Counted from the whole stretch's first letter, positions 26,341 to 40,672 are shown. The stretch is DNA of 63,719 nucleotides, filler included, from Octopus bimaculoides (GCF_001194135.2; 7 parts of 7 records of this genome joined end to end with filler, not necessarily neighbours in it); one strand, 5' to 3'. Notes: generated by a model from the sequence alone, not told the origin. Program-made: numbers and translations.

Positions 26341-27022
26341 NNNNNNNNNNNNNNNNNNNNNNNNNNNNNNNNNNNNNNNNNNNNNNNNNNNNNNNNNNNN
26401 NNNNNNNNNNNNNNNNNNNNNNNNNNNNNNNNNNNNNNNNNNNNNNNNNNNNNNNNNNNNNNNNNNNNNNNNNNNNNNNNNNNNNNNNNNNNNNNNNNNN
26501 NNNNNNNNNNNNNNNNNNNNNNNNNNNNNNNNNNNNNNNNNNNNNNNNNNNNNNNNNNNNNNNNNNNNNNNNNNNNNNNNNNNNNNNNNNNNNNNNNNNN
26601 NNNNNNNNNNNNNNNNNNNNNNNNNNNNNNNNNNNNNNNNNNNNNNNNNNNNNNNNNNNNNNNNNNNNNNNNNNNNNNNNNNNNNNNNNNNNNNNNNNNN
26701 NNNNNNNNNNNNNNNNNNNNNNNNNNNNNNNNNNNNNNNNNNNNNNNNNNNNNNNNNNNNNNNNNNNNNNNNNNNNNNNNNNNNNNNNNNNNNNNNNNNN
26801 NNNNNNNNNNNNNNNNNNNNNNNNNNNNNNNNNNNNNNNNNNNNNNNNNNNNNNNNNNNNNNNNNNNNNNNNNNNNNNNNNNNNNNNNNNNNNNNNNNNN
26901 NNNNNNNNNNNNNNNNNNNNNNNNNNNNNNNNNNNNNNNNNNNNNNNNNNNNNNNNNNNNNNNNNNNNNNNNNNNNNNNNNNNNNNNNNNNNNNNNNNNN
27001 NNNNNNNNNNNNNNNNNNNNNN

Positions 27023-30000
27023 CGATCTAATAGTTGTCCTTAAATTACATGTGCGTAAACAAGTTGTAATGACATGAAACATATTGACACTGCATATACG
27101 TACGTACGTACGTACGTATGTATATATGTATGTATGCACGTACGTACGTACGTGTGTATGTATGTATGTATGTACGTACGTACGTATGTATGAATGTATT
27201 AATGTATGTACCTACATAAGTACGTACGTATGTATGTATGTATAAATGTACGTACGTACGTACGTATGCATGTATGTATGTATGTATGAATGTAGAAATG
27301 TATGTATATATGTATGTATGTAGGTACGAACGTCTGTATGTATGTACGTTCATACGTACGTAGGTACGTTCATTCGTTTGTTCGTTCATTCGTTCGTTCG
27401 TACGCACGTACATACATACGTTTGTTCTTTCGTTCGTTCGTTCGTTCGTTCGTTCGTACGAACATACGTACGTACGGTTGTTCTTTCGTTCGTACGTACG
27501 TTTGTTCGTTCATACGTTCGTTCGTACGTACGTACTTACGTACGTTCTTTCGTTCGTTCGTTCGATCGTTCGCACGTACGTACGTTCGTTCGTTCGTTCA
27601 CTCGTACGTACGTTCGTTCGTACGTACATTCGTACATACGTTCGTTCGTACGTACGTAGTACCTTCGTTCTTTCGTTCGTACGTACATACGTACGTTATT
27701 TCGTTAGTTCGTTCGTTCTTTTGTTCGTTCTTTCGATCGTTTCTTCGTTCTTTCGTTCTTTCGTTTGTTCGTTCGTTTGTTCGTTCGTTCGTTCGTTCGT
27801 TTGTACGTAAGTAAATACGTACGTTCGTTCTTTCGTTCGTTCGATCGATCTTTCGTTCGTACTTTCGTTCGTTCGTTTGTTCATTCGTACGTATGTACAT
27901 TCATTCGTTATTTCGTACCTACGTACATACGTACTTACGTACGTTCGTTCGTTCGTTCGTTCATTCGTTCGAACGAACGTAACTTCGGTCGTTAGTTCTT
28001 TCGTTCGTTTGTTCGTTCGTTCGTTCGTACGTACATACATACGTTCCTTCATTCGTTCGTTCCATCGTTCGTTCGTTCGTACTTTACTTCGTTCGTTCAT
28101 TCTTTCGTTCCTTTGTTCGTTCGTGCGTACGTACGTACGTACTTACGTACGTTCGTTCGTTCATTCGTTCCTACGTTCATACGAACGTTCGTTCGTTCGT
28201 ACATACGTACGTACGTTCGTTGATACGTTCTATCGGACGTACGTACGTTCGTTCGTTCGTTCGTTCGTTCATTCGTACGTATGTACGTACGTACATATGT
28301 ACGTTCATTCGTTCGTTCGTTCATTCGTACATATGTAAGTACGTACATACATACGTTCGTTCGTAAATTCGGTCATTTCGTTCGTTCGCTCGTTCGTACG
28401 TACGTAAGTACGTTCGTTCGTACGTACGTACGTAAGTACGTTCGTTCGTACATACGGACGTATGTACGTACGTTCGTTCGTTCGTTCTTTGTTCGTTCGT
28501 TCTTTGTTCGTTCGTTCTTTCATTCGTTCGTTCGTACGTGCGTACATACGTTCGTTCGTACGTACGTACGTTCATTCGTTCGTTCGTTCGATCTTTTGTT
28601 CGTTCGTTCGTTCATCGTTCATTCGTTCGTTCGATCGATCGTTCGTTCTTTGGTTCGTTTGTATGTACGTACATACGTACGTTCGTTCTTTCGTTCGTTC
28701 GATCGATCGTTCGTTCGTACTTTCGTTCGTTCGTTTGTTCGTTCGTACGTACGTACGTTCATTCGTTATTTCGTACCTACGTACGTACGTACGTTCGTTC
28801 GTTCATTCGTCCGTTCGATCGTTCGTTCGTTCGTTTATTCGTACATATGTAAGTACGTACATACGTACGTTCGCTCGTTCGTACGTACGTAAGTACGTTT
28901 GTTCGTTCGTACTTACGAACGTACATACATACGTAAGTTCGATCGTTCGTTCGTAAGTACGTACGTACCTTCGTTCGTACGTACATACGTATATCTGTGC
29001 GTTCGTTCGTACTTACGTACGTACGTTCCTTTGTTCGTTCCTTCGTACGTTCGTTTGTTCGTTCGTTCGTTCGTACGTACGCACGTTCTCTCGTTCTTTC
29101 CTGTCTACGTACGTACGTACATTAATTCGTTAGTTCGTTTCTTCCTTAGTACGTACGTTCGTTCGAACGTATGTTCGTTCGTTCAATCGTTCCTACGTAC
29201 GTACGTATATATGTTCGTTCGTACTTACGTACGTACGAACGAATGTACGTACGAACGAACTTACGTACGAACGAACGTACGTACGAACGAACTTACGTAC
29301 GAACGAACGTACGTATGTAGGAACGAACGAACGAACGATACCACCTATTACGTAGGCAGGTAATAACAAAATAGCGTACGTACGTATGAACGAACAAGCG
29401 TGCGTACGTACGACCAAATGAACGAACGAACGAACGTACTTACGAAGGAACGAACGTACGTACGAACAAACGTACGTACGAACGAACGAATAATCGAACG
29501 AATTAAAGAACGAACGTACTTACGTAAGTAAGGACGAACGAATTAACGAACGATCGTACGCACGTACGTACGAATGAACGAAAGAACGAACGTACGTACT
29601 ACGTACGTACCTATGAACGATCGAACGAACGTACGTACGTAGGTACGAATGAGCATATGTACGAACGAACGTACATATAAACGTTCGTACTTACAAACGA
29701 TCAAACGAAAGAACGTACGTACGTACGAACGTACTTACGTTAGTAAGAATGAAGGAATTAACGAACGATCGTACCCATGTACGTAATTAAGTAAATACGT
29801 AGTTCCGTTCGTACGAACGAACGTACGTATATATGTATGTAGGAACGAACGAACGTATGTACGTACGTACGAATGAACCATCGAACGTACGTGCGTACGA
29901 TCGAATGTACGTACGTACGAACGAACGTGCGTACGAAGGAACGTACCAAATAACGAACCAGCGTACGTACGTTCGAACGAAGGAGCGTACGAACGTACGT

Positions 30001-31330
30001 ACGTACGTACGAATAAACGAACTACGTACGTACGAACGAACAAACGAACGTATTTACTTACGTACGTAAGGACGAACGAACGAACCTACGTACGTAAGGA
30101 CGAACGAACGAACCTACGTACGTAAGGACGATTGAACGTACATATATACGTATGTTCGAACGATTAAACGAATGATACTACGTACGAACGTACGTACGAA
30201 CGAACGTACGTACGCAGGCAAGAAATAACGAAAGAACGTACGTACGTACGTACGAACGAGCAATCGAACGAATTAAAGAACGAACGTACTTACGTAAGTA
30301 AGAACGAAGGAATTAACGAACGATCGTACCCACATACGTACGAAAGAACGAACGAACGTACGTAGTTCCGTTCGTAAGAATGAACGAACGAACGTACCTA
30401 TATACGTACGTAGGAACGACCGAATGAACGGTCGTACGTACGTACGTACGTATGAATGAACAAAAGAACCAACGTACGTACGTACGTACGTACGAACGAA
30501 CGTACGTCCGAAGGAACGAACGAACGAACGAACGTACGTATGAACGAACAAACGTGCATACGTACGAACGAACGAACGAACAAACGAACGTACAGACGTA
30601 CGAACAAACGAAATTATGTAGTTACGTATGAACGATCGAACGAACGTACGTACGTATATACGAACGAATAAAAGGACGAACGTATGTACGTAAGTACGTA
30701 CGTACGTATGAACGAACAAACGAACGTACGTACGTATGATCGATCGAACGAACGTACGTATATATGTAAGTAGGAACGATCGAACGAACGAACGTACGTA
30801 CGAATGAACCAACGATCGAACGAACGTACGTACGTACGATCGAACGTACGTACGAACGAACGTACGTACGAACGAACGAACGAAATAACGAACCAACGTA
30901 CGTACGTACGTAGGCAGGAATTGAAGAAAGAACGTACGTACGTACGTACGTACGTACGTACGTACGTACGAACGAAAGAACGTACGAACGAACGAACGTA
31001 TGTGTGAACGAACAAACTTGCGTACGTAAGAACAAACGAACGAACCTACGTACAATGGAACGAACGAAAAAATGAACGTACGTACGTACGAACGAATAAA
31101 CGAACGTACGTACAAAATCCTGTGCAGCACAGAATTTTGTCAGTGAACAGGTCGCGGTCTCAAAACGACGAAAATACTTTGACAAATTAAATTTAAATGT
31201 TGAAGTGAATCTAACGGATTTTGTGTGTTATTTTAAATGGCTTATAAACACCTTCCACGCTGCAATTGTTTTCGTTCCAGCACACGATCTCAGATCAGGT
31301 CACTTGCTATGCAAGTGCATCTCCGTAATA
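27023..31330 (+). mobile_element. Helentron/HINE-like element carrying a giant internal microsatellite
   Basis: Unique flanks 27023-27095 and 31114-31330 enclose the array; 3' hairpin CACTTGC-TAT-GCAAGTG about 10 bp before CTCCGTAAT. The 5' end is lost in the gap. The class assignment is inference. Confidence 0.45.
27096..31113. repeat. ~4 kb CpG-rich (TACG)/(TTCG)/(AACG) compound satellite
   Basis: Direct reading: TTCG-rich to ~29230, AACG-rich thereafter. Confidence 0.97.
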
Positions 31331-31331
31331 T

Positions 31332-31368
<37 letters not shown>

Positions 31369-31468
31369 NNNNNNNNNNNNNNNNNNNNNNNNNNNNNNNN
31401 NNNNNNNNNNNNTTAATTAATTAANNNNNNNNNNNNNNNNNNNNNNNNNNNNNNNNNNNNNNNNNNNN

Positions 31469-31535
<67 letters not shown>

Positions 31536-31750
31536 TGGAGATCAAGTAAAAAAAGTGTACTATAATATATATATATATCTAAACATAACAGACACACAGG
31601 AATAAAGTGTTAAATAAAATTGATATTCAGAGTATGATAATAATGTTTCGTTGTCTTTTCAAAATAGTCCCTTATAGTATAATACACATACTCACCCTAA
31701 ATACGTCATGCACTGAGTACTTTTTACTTTACGTCACTACTTCTGTTTCA

Positions 31751-31875
31751 GTAGTTTATGAAGCTGAAGTCACTTCTGTGCTCGAAAGTAAGGAAACACA
31801 AAAGAAAATGTATATTGGTACATGCGAAAGTAGTTTTAATAAAAGATACACCAACCACTCTAATTCAACCGATGA
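31751..31875 (+). mobile_element. Penelope-like GIY-YIG endonuclease fragment
   Basis: VVYEAEVTS...KMYIGTCESSFNKRYTNH matches the V(I)Y...YIG.T...F..RY..H pattern. Confidence 0.75.
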
Positions 31876-32010
31876 GTAAATTCTGTGCTCGCTTAACTGG
31901 ATTATGAATATTTTCTCGAGTGAATTATGAATATCTTTGGGGTCCCATTTAAACCAATAATACTGTAAAATTAACTGTAAAAATGTAAATATAAAATATG
32001 CGAAAATTAT

Positions 32011-32205
32011 CGGCTGTGTGGTAAGTAGCTTGGTTACCAACTTCATGGTTCCGATGGTCGTGTGTTTACGTACCTGTAATCTAGCGGTTCGGCAAAAGTG
32101 ACCGATAGAGTGAGTACTATAAAGAATGCGTCCTGGAGTTGATTTGTTCGACTAAAGGTGGGGCTCCAGCATGGCCGCAGTCAGATGACTGAAACAAATA
32201 AAAAA
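32011..32205 (+). mobile_element. SINE family A, internally deleted
   Basis: Head ggctgtgtggtaagtagcttgg joined directly to the tail segment. Confidence 0.8.
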
Positions 32206-35200
32206 ACATGTACCAGTCTCTGTATTCATTGTAATTGTTTTTATATGTGTGTATATGTGTGTGTGTGTGTGTATGTGTACGTATGTGTGTGCGTACGTGT
32301 GTATGTGTGTCTCTGTGTGTATGTGTGTGTGAATGTGTGCGTGCATGTGTGTGTGCGTGTGTGTGTGTGTGTGTTTGTGTGCGTGCATGCGCGCGCGCGT
32401 GTGTGTGTGCGTGTGTGTGTATCTAGTGTGCGGCTGCGTATGCATTTAAAGACGTACATTGTATGAAGAAAAGTAAAGTCATGTTAATCGAATGGAAATT
32501 TTTGAAATTGCTTCAATTGTTGTTGTTGTTGCTATCGTTCATGCAACCGCCGCCTTTTACACTGAAGCCACACCCTCTTCGTTATTTCCCTGCGCACATA
32601 CCATCCTCTGGCTTTTCACCTTCTATGTTTTACTCCGTCACCGTTGTCTTCGGTACTGCTGTTATCATTATCATTGTTATTCTTTATGTGTTTATGTTTA
32701 TCAGTTAAATGCAAAAGTACTTAGTTTATCTCCGTTTCTACACTCAGATATTTAACATTATTTTCCGAAGTTTAGTTTTATTCTCTTGATGTTTTATTCT
32801 CAAATGTTTTTATGGAATTTATTTCCACTTTTATTAATTAAAAGTCAAAATTGTTAAAGTTGTTATTGCCTAAAATTTCTTTATATTTTTTTTTCCTGTG
32901 TTCTTTTTCATTTTGTTGAGGTTGGTTGTTTGCTTTTGCTTTTACATTTCTTGTGAGAACTACTTCGTTAATGTTTATTCCAAATGAATTCTGATTTTGA
33001 AGTGGAAGTTATTTGCATATTTTATCAGGTTTCTTGATAAACCACACAAGCAATACGAATAGGGAAGGTAACATCTACAAGATGGCTAAAACTACTAAAA
33101 ATAGCAGTTAACCATACAAATCTCACCTGAAGAAAAAATGTAGGATACATTAGTCAATGGAATTCTAGAGACAAAAAAATATGACAAAATGCTCATTGCT
33201 GAAATGGCTTTGATACCAGATCTCTTAGATCAGGTCGGAGTACGAGGACTTGCTTGTTTCACAGCAAAAATTACAACTGTAACGGCAACGCCAACAATAA
33301 TGACTTCTTACGTTTGTAGAAAGGAAAAGGAACAAATTCATTGAGAAAATAGAACTACTCTGCCGATTACTGCTACAATAAGAACAACAACAATTTCAGC
33401 AGTAGCAACAACAACAGGGACAACGAAGACGAGCAAGACGACAATGCATCTATACATTACAATTCATTTGAAGAACTGCTGGTATATTGTTAATGAATTC
33501 TTTCCTCACTGCTTCTGCGAGCGCTATTCTTATTGTCTAGTTAACCATTTTCAGTTTTGTTTCGTTTCCACATTTAATGATTCTCCTCACGTATCAAACA
33601 TTATCAATAACAAGAGCGACAACAATATCTGCAATTACATCAATATCAGCAGCTGAAACCACTACAACTTTACAAACAAATGAAAAAGACTTAGCGTGTG
33701 TCTTCCAGGCTTCTAAAAACTTCTGCTTAAATCTTCCTTAATTCTATTCAATCGGTTTAAAAAATTGGATAATGGGTTCATACATACTTGTATCCCCCAC
33801 GCACAGCTCCCTCTCTAAAAATGAAGATGGTCACGCCTGGAATGCTTTTTGATCGTCGGTGTTCTTTTCGAGATCTGACGTAGTGGCTTCATCTTTTAGA
33901 AATAGCTGTCACGTCTCCCTCGTATCATACCCAATATGTTAAACAGGAAGGGGAACATTGAGTAATAAATACATACATGTATGATATATCTGAACAAGAA
34001 CAATAAGATGGGATGGTCACAACTGGAACTTCGTTGCTTATGTTTGCTGAAATAGGGGATGATTTAGATTGACACTTATAGCAGCAAAGGTGAAAAATGC
34101 AATTGGATTAGTTACATATCGCCAAAAACAAAGTAAAACAGCAGAAAGCGAATTTCGATTCACTGATTTTATTAGAGTTATTTCCCTTGCTTGTCCTTAA
34201 GATTTCTAATATTTTGATGGCGCTTAAACTCTGTAGTTTGTAATTAAAGAAAGCAAGGTATTTAATGTAAATTTTTGTCTTTGTCATTGCTTAGCCACTC
34301 TGCCGATACGCGGCTTTGCCTACTTCCTTAAATTGTAAATTCTTTAATCCATTGCAAGGGCGGGTGGTTATGAAAATTCTGTTAATGAATTTTTGTTGAT
34401 GATATTGTTGTTACTCTCGTCATGGTCGTTGTTCTTGCTATTGTTGTAAGAGAAGTTGCTTTAAATAATCAATATCGATGAGTTGTTGCAGGTAGTTATT
34501 GTTTAAGCTCCATGTCAATTTGATCCTGCATATCACTGACCATCACATCTAATCTGTTTATACCTTCTTTAAGAGGGTAACGTGTGGTATAGAGAATATT
34601 TGATTGCTATGGCAAGCAGGTGAGGCTGCCCATATTAGTTCATTGTTGCTAACTCTTCTAGCAAAGCTAAGATTATAAACATACAGGCATTGACTATTAT
34701 TTGTATCTAGGACTACTATCATCCAAAGTCCTTCCTCTTTCGTATTTTCATGGATTAGTTAAAGGAAAAGGGCCAGTATACATTGCTTTTTTGTGGAAGG
34801 AAATCCACGCCTCCTGATCCACAGACCTGATGGGTATGAACAAGCCAGATATCTGATCCGAATGTTTATTACATTTCTTCTTTTGTGCTAAATTTAGTCA
34901 GTTACAGAGTTGAGTTAAAAAGAGTTGGGCATGAAGTCTGTGGCCAAAGAACAAGTTATAATATTCCCGACAGGATTCAGCACAAATTCCATCCACCTGT
35001 AGGAGTTCGTAAGCAAAAATATAAGTAAATTACAGTGAGTTTATTTGTTAAACGTTTCGAACTCATTCTTTCTTCAAAAAGAATATTAATATAAAGCCTA
35101 ATGCTACGCATTCTCTCATTCAATTTATTCTCTAGATTTTTATGGTTAAAGTTTTGCCGATAAATCATTCTTTGAATTTTGCATCGTAACTTATTCTCAT

Positions 35201-35668
35201 CAATTAATTGCTCATAATTGTATGGTCAAAGGTGTTGTCGCCGTCAACATCTTACACACACGCGCTCGCACAGACATACAGACACACATATACACTTACA
35301 AGCACACTCACTCTCTCTCTCTCCTTCTCTCTCTCTCCTTCTCTCTCTCTCTCTCTCTCTCCTTCTCTCTCTCCTTCGCTCTCTCTCACACACACATACA
35401 CACATGGTATTAGATATTATATGTATCTTTACATATATCAATAAATATACATACACAGTGTTGAACTGGCCAATCTATCGTTTATTTTTCTTTAAGAAGA
35501 TATAACATTCTTTAAGATGGTGATATGGAGATTAAGCTGTAATTTCTAGATAGTCAAATTACGATGTAAAGGCCCACTGATTCGCTGTTGTTGTGATGTT
35601 GTTTAACCTGAAATCAGCTTTTATTAGGTAAACCTGTATTCTAAACCAATCCAGATGCGACCATACTA

Positions 35669-35880
35669 CAGGGTGTCCACAAAGTCTGGGTACATGGGGA
35701 TTAACACATACTTTCAGAAATTATTATTTCTTATATCTAATTGTTTATGTTATGATTTTATTTACTCCATGTACCCACATGAGGATTAACACATACTTTA
35801 AGAAATTATTATTTCTTATATTTACTTGTTTATGTTATGATTTTATTTACTCCATGTAGCCAGACTTTGTGGACACCCTG
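35669..35880. mobile_element. Tc1/mariner MITE with an internal 85-bp tandem duplication
   Basis: TA|CAGGGTGTCCACAAAGTCTGGGTACATGG ... CCATGTAGCCAGACTTTGTGGACACCCTG|TA: ~29-bp TIRs and a TA TSD. Confidence 0.92.
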
Positions 35881-36312
35881 TATTTTTATACCTATAGGGT
35901 AACCGGTTGACATTACTCGATGTGTACTTCATTTTTCTTTATACGGTAGGTTGTAATCTAACAGAAATTTGGCCGTAGTTTCTAGCAGATAAAGAGACAT
36001 ATACACGGTCCATGACTAGCTGGTTGTATTGAGGCTTTACCGGAGAGTGCGTTCATGAAAACAATACTTGCCGTAGCTATACTCCCAGCTATTGATAGAG
36101 TGTCAACGCTGGCACCAATTATAGGTGTTGTTGCAGCTGGTATTGATATTGTTGTTGTTGTTGTTATATTCTTTTAGTTCTTGCTTTGCAGCTGGCATTG
36201 TTGTTGTTGTTGTTGTTGGTGTAACTGATGAAACATATCAATGACACAAGTCTAAGAAAATTAGTGAGAATCGAGGAAAAGCAAAGTAGAATTAAAAGAA
36301 AAGAGAGCGAAA

Positions 36313-37150
<838 letters not shown>

Positions 37151-37982
37151 GAAGACTGGCTGACTTCACCATGGTTTCTGCAGCAGATATGCAATGCTTG
37201 CGTTCAGCGAGAGAGTAAGGAAGTTCTGCGTGTCACCGATAATCCATTAATTTTAAAACTGGGCCCAACTTCAGCAGACTGTCCCTTCTCTCGCCTCTCC
37301 CACACCCCTCCTTCACACCTCACCGTATCTCCTTCAATCCCTCCGCCCTACCACACACACATCTTCAAATTTCCCCTCCTTATTTTCGCCCCTCCCTGTC
37401 GCATGTCTTCTGTTTATCTTGCGTCAAGCAGAAAGAAAATTACATGACCTTTTCACAACGAGGCTGAGCGCACACGCCGAGACACACACATACGTATATA
37501 CACGCGTGCATACATACATGCATACATACATACATACATGCATACATATTTACATACATGCATGCATGCATGCATGCATACCTGCAAACATTCATACATA
37601 CATACATAGATAAACGCAGGTATACAAACACACACACGTATACGTATACACAAACTCAAACAGCATACAAACTATAAGTATATTCATCCCCTAACTGTAA
37701 CCAATACAGCTAAGGTAAAAAAAAAAAGACGAGGCGTATGCGCATGCGTTTCCACAATACGTGAATATTATACACACTAACAAAAATACTTCATATGCGC
37801 ACGACACAATTAGAATATCTCTCGCAGTATCACTCTTTCAACGCTACATTCTAAACACTTCTCTATCCACCACGACGATTACGACAATGATGATGATTCC
37901 CTATCCACGTCTGTCTCTTTGTATCTTTACGTCTTTCTCGCCTTTGCCGTATGTCTTTCCTAAGCACCTTATGTTCTCATCA

Positions 37983-38352
37983 GTGGAGGCGCAATGGCCC
38001 AGTGGTTAGGGCAGTGGACTTGCGGTCGTAGGATCGCGGTTTCGATTCCCAGTCCGGGCCTTGTGAGTGTTTATTGAGCGAAAACACTTAAAGTTCCATG
38101 AAGCTCCGGCAGGGGATGGTATCGAACCCTGCTGTACTCTTTCACCACAGTTTTCTCTCACTTTTTCTTCCTGCTTCTGTTGTACCTATATTTCAAGGGG
38201 TCAGCCTTGTCACGCTGAATCTCCCCGAGAACTACGTTAAGGGTACACGTGTCTGTGGAGTGCTCAGCCACTTGCACGTTAATTTCACGAGCAAGCTGTT
38301 CCGTTGATCGGATCAACTGGAACCCTCGTTGTCGTAACCGACGGAGTGCCAA
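37983..38352 (+). mobile_element. tRNA-derived SINE family B, full length
   Basis: ggaggcgcaatggcccagtggttagg (A-box)...cggtttcgattccc (B-box); four copies in the window. Confidence 0.93.
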
Positions 38353-39063
38353 CCATGTTCTCATCTGTTCCCTTCTCTGTCTCTGCCCCGCTCGAGCGCG
38401 CGCACGCGTACACACACACACACACACAAACACACACACGCACACACGCGCATACATTAATCTTCTTCTTATTCATGCTGTTGCTGCCTTTGTAACTGCT
38501 ATTACGTAGTCCCAGGTAAGCTCTGATCAAACAGACCTTTGTTCAACAGCATTCCAGCCTCGGCTATCCAGTTTTTTTTTTTTAAAGTTGTGTAAGAAAG
38601 CATTGTCTTATATCTCCTATCCTTGTATTATGCTTCATGAATTATAAATAAATTTCGCGATTCCGACTATTCAAAAGATTGAGGAGAGAAAATTTTTTTG
38701 CTATAAATGTCTACCTACTTGTTAAACTCATTGATATAGCTAGGAAATATTAACGCGATAGCCTAAAAGCAGATTAGTTCATTATAGAAAACATAATCAT
38801 CTCCAGTAATAATTCCAGAATGAATGAGTATGATATTTTTTGAAGAAGTACAACATCCTATTACAGATATTTTCATTTTGGAAAAAGATTGGAATGGATG
38901 GATTCTGTCGATAGTCAACACAGAATTTCCAACTACTATGTAGCTATTAGTTCCGTGTGTTTGTTTACTGTCACGCCAAGATTACATGAAAGTTGGATAC
39001 TACGAAAGAACAAATAGAGACTGCAAACTGGCAGTAGAGGAAGTAAAATGTTCTACGCTGAAC

Positions 39064-39825
39064 AAGCTTTGGATCTTGTTCAAAACGGGGGCACCAGTAT
39101 TTTCTTAACGAAACACTTTGAAACTTGGGACACTGGTAGAATGTGTCATATAAAACATCTTTTTCTCTTAGTCTTCTTAACAAAAAAACGTACATCGCAA
39201 GTTATTCCATGTTAAAGTTGTCGTATTTCTGTAATTTCAACCAATGACTGACGTCCATTCAGCCGAATAACAGTAAGTGCTGACTACGTAAACAAACGAT
39301 TGTCAAACGATTTTGGCGGTGATAAAATTATTATTTCCTTGTCAAAAAATGGCTGAAGCATATTGGCAGTAGCTAATAAACCTTTNNNNNNNNNNNNNNN
39401 NNNNNNNNNNNNNNNNNNNNNNNNNNNNNNNNNNNNNNNNNNNNNNNNNNNNNNNNNNNNNNNNNNNNNNNNNNNNNNNNNNNNNNNNNNNNNNNNNNNN
39501 NNNNNNNNNNNNNNNNNNNNNNNNNNNNNNNNNNNNNNNNNNNNNNNNNNNNNNNNNNNNNNNNNGTGTGTTGCCTCTGCAAAATGTCAGAAGTAATGGA
39601 GATTAAATGCGCTTTACACCGCTTAGGAGTAACTGTAAACAGCTGAATACTTGTCAGTGATTGGTTGAAATTATCATGAAATAAATTCGAATACAAACAT
39701 TTTTTTCTGTTCTATAACACAAAATAGATAAGTATACGAAGTTTGAAAGTCTTTCGGTACCAAAAACACTACATAAAACATTAATGAAAACTGGTGCCCC
39801 CGTTTTGAACAAGATCCCAAGCTTT
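39064..39825. mobile_element. Non-autonomous DNA transposon with ~40-bp TIRs
   Basis: AAGCTTTGGATCTTGTTCAAAACGGGGGCACCAGT / ACTGGTGCCCCCGTTTTGAACAAGATCCCAAGCTT, plus an inner inverted pair taatttcaaccaatgactga / tcagtgattggttgaaatta. Confidence 0.8.
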
Positions 39826-39940
39826 TTTATCTGGCACATGTGAACGGAATAGCAAACAGCACGGGAGTGAAGGATTTGAATGAAAGTGGGTTGACGTTAC
39901 AGGGTGTGGAATATATTATTGAGAGAGCTATATTTTCCTT

Positions 39941-40164
39941 TTTCTCTTTTACTTGTTTCAGTCGTTTGACTGCGGCCATGCTGGAGCACCGCTTTTAGTC
40001 GAGCAAATCGACCCCAGGTCTTATTCTTTCGGTCACTTTTGCCGAACCGCTAAGTTACAGGGACGTAAGCACACCAGCATCGGTTGTCAAGCGATGTTAG
40101 GGGGAAAAACACAGACACACAAACATATACACACAAACATATACACACATATACGTCGTATATG

Positions 40165-40196
<32 letters not shown>

Positions 40197-40468
40197 AATA
40201 TATACGACGGGCTTCTTTCAGTTTCCGTCTACAAAATTTACTCACAAGGCTTTGGTCGGCCCGAGGCTATAGTAGAAGACACTTGCCCAAGGTGCCATGC
40301 AGTGGGACTGAACCCAGAACCATATAGTTGGTAAGCAAGATACTTTATTTCATAAATATTTGCCATAAAGGCATTACAAAGAGGGGACGAACAAGTACAG
40401 ACAAACATAAAAGGGGGTGAAGTAGCTGTATCGATTAAATATTTACAATTAGCCACTCCTGCGCCTAT
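39941..40468 (-). mobile_element. SINE-A split by a 107-bp retro-insert (40344-40450)
   Basis: Minus strand: ataggcgcaggagtggct, then an insert ending GAAATAAA, then gtatcttgcttaccaac... and a complete SINE-A body and tail. Confidence 0.9.
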
Positions 40469-40603
40469 GCGTATTAAATTTCATTAAACTCGACCGATAT
40501 TTTTCAAGCAATTAAGTTTTCATCGATAAACATTTTTTGTCTTCCCATTTGGGGGTCAGTACAGTATTTTTTTCTGTTTAACCTCTTCCTTTCTCTATCT
40601 CTC

Positions 40604-40672
<69 letters not shown>

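Noticed and set aside
27045-31185. Many RSFV/RTYV/TNER-repeat ORFs up to 285 aa
   Set aside because: A tetranucleotide satellite that happens to lack stops; no coding signature.
37983-38055. tRNA-like sequence with A- and B-boxes
   Set aside because: It continues directly into a SINE body present four times; this is a SINE head, not a tRNA gene. The same holds for the other tRNA-like heads.
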